Positions 44,094 through 48,779 of a DNA stretch of 48,779 nt are shown piece after piece; positions within the stretch are counted from its first letter, which is position 1, and each line of letters begins with the position of its first letter. Source of the DNA: a virus (taxonomy: Duplodnaviria > Caudoviricetes); IMG/VR virus record IMGVR_UViG_3300044652_000067, positions 1-48,779 of that record; one strand, given 5' to 3'. A program made the position numbers and the translations under genes. Under the pieces are notes generated by a model. It ran no database searches, was not told the DNA's origin, and was given only the letters and a program-made list of their open reading frames with translations.

Positions 44094-44480
44094 ATGTCCG
44101 GTCTGACCAATGCTCGCGCCGCGGCCTACATCGATGACTCGTTCGGCACATCCGTCCGCACCGCGCCGACGACGCCGATGAAGCTGTCGGTGGAGACCGT
44201 CGCCGGCACCACCTCGGCAGCCGGTACCGAGCTCGGCTCGACCACCCGGCCGACGATCACCATGCGCGCCGCGACCGGCACCCCGCCCGTGGCGACCAAC
44301 AACGGCGCGGTGACCGTGGTCGCCGGGGCGTCCGGGACCGTGGTCGCCGAAGCGATCTACGACTCAGCAGGCACACCGGTCCGGGTCTGGTGGGGGCCAC
44401 TGGCGTCGTCCCGCGCCGTGGTGGCCGGCGACTCGCTGCTGTTCGCCGACGCCTCCATCTCGGCCAGCATCACCAGCTGA
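44094..44480 (+). CDS. Small beta-rich tail-fibre-type structural subunit
   Basis: L....GT....GTE...R..I, TN...V, AIYDS.G....WG.L..SR.V.AGD.L.F....I, as in short phage fibre proteins. Confidence 0.65.
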   Translation: MSGLTNARAAAYIDDSFGTSVRTAPTTPMKLSVETVAGTTSAAGTELGSTTRPTITMRAATGTPPVATNNGAVTVVAGASGTVVAEAIYDSAGTPVRVWWGPLASSRAVVAGDSLLFADASISASITS

Positions 44481-45358
44481 TGACCGACTACTCGGGAGTG
44501 CAGGCAGCAGCGGATGCGTTCGCGGCCAGTGCGGTCGCGCAGGCCACCGCGCCGCTCAAGGCGCAGATCGCCGATCTGCAGGCGAAGGTCGCGGCGCTGA
44601 ACGGCCTGCCGGTGGTTCCGGCCGGCTGGACGGAGGCATTCTCCGACACCTTCACCGGCTCGGCGCTGGACGGCTCGAAGTGGACCGCGACCACCGACAC
44701 GGCGGCGAACGAGCTGAGCGCGCGCTTGCCCGGCAACGTGACCACCGATGGTGCCCGACTGTCGATCCGGGCACAGCGGCAGCCAGCGGCCGGGCGGCAG
44801 TTCACCAGCGGCTACGTCACCACCGCCGGACACGCATCGTGGGACTTCTTCCGGCTCGCCGTCCGGGCACGATGGACGGACCTGTACGGCTTGTGGCCCG
44901 CGATCTGGCTCCGGGACGACACCGGCCTGGGCGAGATCGACGTCATGGAGGCTGTCGGCGGCGTCCGGAAGCTCGTCCAGACGGTGCACCAGTCCACGAA
45001 CGGCGACATGGACAAGGCCGGGAGCGAGTGGCCGATGCCCGCCGGATGGTCACCGTCCGACTGGCACGTGTACGGGCTGGAGCGGCAGAACACCGGCACG
45101 CTGATCTGGACGATCGACGGCCAGCCCGTCTTCACCCGGACCCGCGCCGATCTCGGGTCGAAGTCGCACCAGCCGATGGCGTGGCTGACCGGGTCGACGT
45201 TCGCTGGGCCGCTGCACCTTATCATCAACCTGCAGGTGGGCGGCACCATGCCCGCCTACTACCTCGGCTCGACGTACGACCCGACGCGGATTCTCCCGGC
45301 AGGTGCGGTCGGCAGCCTCGATATCGACTACGTGCAGGTGCTCACGCCAGCAGGCTAG
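44480..45358 (+). CDS. Glycoside hydrolase family 16 protein with an N-terminal coiled coil
   Basis: FSDTF.G..LD.SKW, FTSG, GLWPAIWL, catalytic EIDVME, WHVYG, IDG, LIINLQVGG, IDYV.V. Confidence 0.88.
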   Translation: MTDYSGVQAAADAFAASAVAQATAPLKAQIADLQAKVAALNGLPVVPAGWTEAFSDTFTGSALDGSKWTATTDTAANELSARLPGNVTTDGARLSIRAQRQPAAGRQFTSGYVTTAGHASWDFFRLAVRARWTDLYGLWPAIWLRDDTGLGEIDVMEAVGGVRKLVQTVHQSTNGDMDKAGSEWPMPAGWSPSDWHVYGLERQNTGTLIWTIDGQPVFTRTRADLGSKSHQPMAWLTGSTFAGPLHLIINLQVGGTMPAYYLGSTYDPTRILPAGAVGSLDIDYVQVLTPAG

Positions 45359-45372
45359 GAGGGACGGCAACC

Positions 45373-45639
45373 GTGACACACGCTGCCACCGCATCGCGGT
45401 ACACCAGGGAAATCCCGCTAGGTTTCAACGGCTATGTCGTCGTCGCGCAGCCTGCGCTGCGAATGCCAGCCAGCGAAGTCAAGCCCGGCGATGTGCTGGT
45501 GCTCGACGGCTACGTCTCGGCCGTGCGGGACGTCCGGACCTACAATCTGGCAGCGACCGGGCCGGTGCTGCACATAGCGGGCGACGTGAACATCGTGCGG
45601 TATCCCTTCGAGCTTGTGTCGGTGATCCGCGCGGCCTAG
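45373..45639 (+). CDS. Hypothetical protein
   Basis: GGAGGG RBS; PASEVKPGDVL (KOW/SH3-like) motif. Confidence 0.55.
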   Translation: MTHAATASRYTREIPLGFNGYVVVAQPALRMPASEVKPGDVLVLDGYVSAVRDVRTYNLAATGPVLHIAGDVNIVRYPFELVSVIRAA

Positions 45640-45800
45640 CGTTTCTCGGTGCGGCGCTTCACCCGTCTACGGATGGACATCTCGCAGCCCGAAGTCAGCG
45701 TCACCCCATTCGCCCGCCCGGCGTGGGTCACGCGACCACGGCAGCCGCAGCGGCATCGCTTCCGACTGGACACAGGCTCGGCGTAGCGGGCGTCGCCCAC
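45636..45800 (-). CDS. 54-aa basic Cys-rich protein (not in the ORF track)
   Basis: GAGGGAG RBS; MGDARYAEPVSSRKRCRCGCRGRVTHAGRANGVTLTSGCEMSIRRRVKRRTEKR. Confidence 0.55.
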   Translation of the reverse strand: MGDARYAEPVSSRKRCRCGCRGRVTHAGRANGVTLTSGCEMSIRRRVKRRTEKR

Positions 45801-45802
45801 GG

Positions 45803-45991
45803 CTACTCCCTCACCAGCGAGCGGCTGTCGATCAGGATTTCCTTGCCGGTGGCGCGCAACAGATCACCAGCGATCTTGAGCGCCTGATCCTCAGTCAGCC
45901 GGAACTGCACCACCATCTGCCCATTGTGTTCAACCGTGAGCCGGACGCGATCACCGTCTTTGACGGCAACGATCCGCGCGCGCTCACTCAT
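45803..45991 (-). CDS. 62-aa hypothetical protein
   Basis: Overlaps the upstream micro-ORF; MSERARIVAVKDGDRVRLTVEHNG. Confidence 0.55.
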   Translation of the reverse strand: MSERARIVAVKDGDRVRLTVEHNGQMVVQFRLTEDQALKIAGDLLRATGKEILIDSRSLVRE

Positions 45992-46109
45992 CGCTATCGC
46001 ACCGGCCACAGCCGTGGCAGACGCCACCCTCGATGGGGTTCCAACCGGTGTCGGTGCTCCCGCATGACGCGCATGGATCGCCGGGCTTCCAGCCATTGGT
46101 ATCGTCCAT
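45984..46109 (-). CDS. 41-aa Zn-ribbon microprotein (not in the ORF track)
   Basis: AAGGGGAGG RBS; MDDTNGWKPGDPCASCGSTDTGWNPIEGGVCHGCGRCDSDE. Confidence 0.6.
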   Translation of the reverse strand: MDDTNGWKPGDPCASCGSTDTGWNPIEGGVCHGCGRCDSDE

Positions 46110-46134
46110 AGCAGCCTCCCCTTGTCGGAGGTTA

Positions 46135-46197
46135 GGCCCGCAGTCTGGTGTTGACCGCACCGCTGCGGGCCGACTTATTCGGAGCCTCAGCTTAGCA
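46135..46197 (-). promoter_or_regulatory. Putative promoter and 5' leader hairpin of the reverse micro-operon
   Basis: Extended -10 TGcTAAGCT (46197-46189); hairpin GGCCCGCAG..GGTG..CACC..CTGCGGGCC at 46135-46171. Confidence 0.5.
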
Positions 46198-46226
46198 GTT
46201 CAACCCGACAGTTAAGGGGGGTTCCG

Positions 46227-48779
46227 GTGGCCATTGCCCGCGCCGGAACCGCTGCCCTGTCGAACTCGGGCGGCTCGGCAGCGACCACCGCTACCGCGAC
46301 GCTGGCCTCAACCAACCCCGGCGATTACAACATCATCGTCGTCTCGGCGAACACCAGCGGCGCGACCAGCCCTGACCCGGCGCAGACCTGCACTGGCGGT
46401 TCCGGGACGTGGACGACGATCGCCACGTCGGAGAAGTCCGGCAGCCCCTCGCATCGGCTCACCGCTTTCGGGAAGTTCTACGTTGCGGGGGACGCCAATC
46501 CCACCGTCACCATCGCCGCGTCCGGCAATATCGAGAACGCCGCGATCGCCTACTCCGGCGTCGACACCACGACCCCGATCGCATCGGGTGAGGCGCAGGC
46601 TCAAGCGCAGGCATCGTCCAGCACTGCCTTTGCCACGCCTAGCATCACCACCGCTGCGGCCCGCTGGCTCATCTCGGCCGCTGGTGACCGGACGGCCAGC
46701 ACCACATGGACCGGCACCGACTCGCTGCTGCTGACCGGCGCTGCCGCGAACGCCGCGAACCTGATCGTCCAGGACAGCAATGGCATGGTGGCAGCGGGCA
46801 CATACAGCCGCACCCTGACCGCTTCGGCCGCCACCAGCGTCGGTAACGCGCTGATCTTCGCGCTGAACCCGGCGTCGAGCGGCACCATTTACTCGGACTC
46901 AGCAACCATGACGTCCGGGTCGAGCCTGTCCGGCGCGGGCAACGTCGGCAACTCGGCGACGATGACGTCCGGTTCCAGCCTCACTGGTAGCGCCACGGCG
47001 TCCCTCGCCGCGTCGGCCGGGATGACCTCGGCCAGTAGCCTCGCTGGCGCGGCACGAACCCCGATCGTGCAGCAGTTACTGACCGGCGGGACGCAATGGC
47101 CCGCGCACCGGGACGGCACGTACGCCACCTACGGCGAGGAGACGCTGGAGGGCTACACCGCCGCCCTGGCGCAGTACTCCAAGGCCATCCTCGAAATCTC
47201 GGTCTGGGACACCTCCGATGGCGTCTATGTCTGCTCGCATGACCAGACCTTGACGCGGGTGTTCGGCGACTCCCGGACGATCACCTCGGTCACGTGGGCC
47301 AATCTCTCGCCGAACGGCTCCAGCACCACCGGCCGGCCGGTGACGACGGTCGGCGGCAACCCACTGCGGCGCATCGAGGAGATACTGGACGCCTTCCCGC
47401 ACGCGCTGTTCATCGTGGAGAACAAGCACGGCACCAACCAGGGCACTCTCTCGACGCTGCTGGACTCGCACGGCGCCGGCCGGTGGATGTTCAAGGGCCC
47501 GTACAACGACACCGCCAACGCCAACATCGCAGCGGGGCACGGCGCGCCGATGTGGCTGTACTTCTACCCGTCGCAGCTCGGCAGTCTGAGCACCACCTAC
47601 TCGGCTGTCAGCGGCTCCGGTGTGCCGATCGTGTTCGGCCTCGGCGACTACTCCACCGCCCCCGTTCCGGTGCAGTCCGACGCGAACACGTTCTTCAGCT
47701 TCACCACCAGCAACGGCCTGATGGCGTGGGCGCACATCCTCGGCACCACCGGGCAGAAGTCCACCGCCGATAGTCAGGCGAGCGCGGCCGGTTCGTCGTT
47801 CAACGGCTACATGACGTCGGCCTACTCGACGCTCGCGCCGAACGACTCCACCACCGCCAGCATGACCTCCGGCTCGTCGCTGGCGGGCTCGGCGACGCTC
47901 GGCGCTGCCGTGTCGGCTGGAATGGTCTCCGGTAGCGCGCTGACCGGCTCTGCGAGCGCCATCGAACAGGCTGGGTCAGGCATGGCGTCCAGCAGTTCCC
48001 TCGCCGGGACTGCGAGCGCCGTCCTGCAGGCCACCGCCGGGATGACCTCGGCAAGCTCGCTGGCGGGGACTGAGACCGCCGGAGCGCAAGTCTCCGGCGG
48101 CATGACGTCCGGCTCCAGCCTCACCGGGGCACTGACCGTCGGTGCGCCCGAATCAGCAGCGATGATCAGCGGCTCGGCGCTTGCAGGGTCGGCGTCGGTC
48201 ATCGAGTCGGTAACCGCCGGCATGTCGTCCGCATCGACGCTGACCGGTGCAGGGACGGCGGTCGTACCCGAATCCGCAGGCATGACCAGCGGCACCAGTC
48301 TGTCTGGTCAGGGCGCGCTCGGTGTGCCGATGGCAGCCGGGATGACCTCGGCGTCGAACCTTTCCTCAGCTGTGGCGCTCGTCGTCGCTGTAGCCGCTGC
48401 ATCGATGACCAGCGCCTCGGCCTTGACCGGCAGCGGTCTCACCGGTGCCGGTGGGGCGATGACTTCCGGCAGCAGCCTCGCCGGCGATGCGACCGGACAG
48501 GCTGGCGGGTCGGCGGGCATGGCGTCCGGCTCGGCGCTGACCGGCGCAGCAGCGGCGATCGCCGCGGCTCAGGCGGGCATGGTCAGCGGCAGCCTGTTCA
48601 CCGCCGGCGCAAGCCTCACCGCTACGGCGGTTGCCAGCATGGTCTCGGCCTCGATCCTCACCGCCGCCGCGACCTCACCGACTCCGCTGACCGGTCTCAC
48701 CTTCAAGGTCACCACCAGTCCCGGAAGGTGGCACGTCACCACCTCGGTAGAGGAGATGGCGGTGAATACGGGCGGTTAG
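46227..48779 (+). CDS. 850-aa putative virion fibre protein: beta-rich N-domain, 20-aa repeats, central GDPD domain
   Basis: AHRDG..EETLEGY..A..LEISVWDTSDGVYVCSHD.TL.R..IEEILD..VENK matches glycerophosphodiester phosphodiesterase; flanked by MTSGSSL-type repeats. Confidence 0.75.
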   Translation: MAIARAGTAALSNSGGSAATTATATLASTNPGDYNIIVVSANTSGATSPDPAQTCTGGSGTWTTIATSEKSGSPSHRLTAFGKFYVAGDANPTVTIAASGNIENAAIAYSGVDTTTPIASGEAQAQAQASSSTAFATPSITTAAARWLISAAGDRTASTTWTGTDSLLLTGAAANAANLIVQDSNGMVAAGTYSRTLTASAATSVGNALIFALNPASSGTIYSDSATMTSGSSLSGAGNVGNSATMTSGSSLTGSATASLAASAGMTSASSLAGAARTPIVQQLLTGGTQWPAHRDGTYATYGEETLEGYTAALAQYSKAILEISVWDTSDGVYVCSHDQTLTRVFGDSRTITSVTWANLSPNGSSTTGRPVTTVGGNPLRRIEEILDAFPHALFIVENKHGTNQGTLSTLLDSHGAGRWMFKGPYNDTANANIAAGHGAPMWLYFYPSQLGSLSTTYSAVSGSGVPIVFGLGDYSTAPVPVQSDANTFFSFTTSNGLMAWAHILGTTGQKSTADSQASAAGSSFNGYMTSAYSTLAPNDSTTASMTSGSSLAGSATLGAAVSAGMVSGSALTGSASAIEQAGSGMASSSSLAGTASAVLQATAGMTSASSLAGTETAGAQVSGGMTSGSSLTGALTVGAPESAAMISGSALAGSASVIESVTAGMSSASTLTGAGTAVVPESAGMTSGTSLSGQGALGVPMAAGMTSASNLSSAVALVVAVAAASMTSASALTGSGLTGAGGAMTSGSSLAGDATGQAGGSAGMASGSALTGAAAAIAAAQAGMVSGSLFTAGASLTATAVASMVSASILTAAATSPTPLTGLTFKVTTSPGRWHVTTSVEEMAVNTGG
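47862..48670 (+). repeat. About 14 tandem ~60-bp (20-aa) degenerate coding repeats, consensus M[TVA]S[GA]S.L[TA]G; 3 more at 46908-47050
   Basis: Met-initiated units counted in the translation, mostly with 20-aa spacing. Confidence 0.85.

Larger units (their letters stand above)
1..48779. mobile_element. Temperate siphovirus-like actinobacterial prophage; both ends probably extend beyond the window
   Basis: Integrase, immunity switch, replication/recombination, packaging, head, non-contractile tail (long tape measure, no sheath) and lysis modules occur in canonical order. The window starts at a start codon and ends at a stop codon, so it looks clipped gene-to-gene. Confidence 0.96.

Noticed and set aside
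46908-48670. Repeats as a CRISPR array, DGR template/variable repeat or ice-nucleation protein
   Set aside because: They are degenerate at the DNA level and conserved only as protein. There is no reverse transcriptase or adenine-specific variant pair, and the period is 20 aa rather than the 8/16-aa AGYGST type.

Overview
The whole window is one near-complete temperate siphovirus-type prophage of a high-GC actinomycete. A WhiB gene, leaderless promoters, actinophage-type terminase/portal/capsid genes and the absence of a recognisable lysin B suggest a non-mycolate host (inference). Gene order: tyrosine integrase; a membrane protein with an apparently dead GGDEF-like domain; a divergent repressor/Cro switch plus Xis; a long, translationally coupled early operon (PAPS-reductase-like protein, RecT, Cas4-like exonuclease, VRR-NUC, HNH, internally deleted C5 methyltransferase, WhiB2-like regulator, split replication initiator, DUF6221-like protein); a late promoter/terminator; HNH, candidate cos and terminase; portal, MuF-like protein, scaffold, capsid; head-tail and tail genes with a -1 frameshifted chaperone and a 1171-aa tape measure; and lysis genes. 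After lysis comes an unusual cassette: a small beta-rich fibre-type subunit, a GH16 glycanase, and an 850-aa protein with about 17 copies of a 20-aa repeat wrapped around a GDPD domain, interrupted by a reverse three-gene micro-operon. The best candidates for new biology are this putative enzyme-carrying repeat-scaffold fibre, the degenerate GGDEF moron, the mirror-image immunity promoters and the zinc-finger-like insertion in the integrase. No att sites, tRNA, rRNA or CRISPR were found. All family assignments come from motif recognition by eye; no searches were run.
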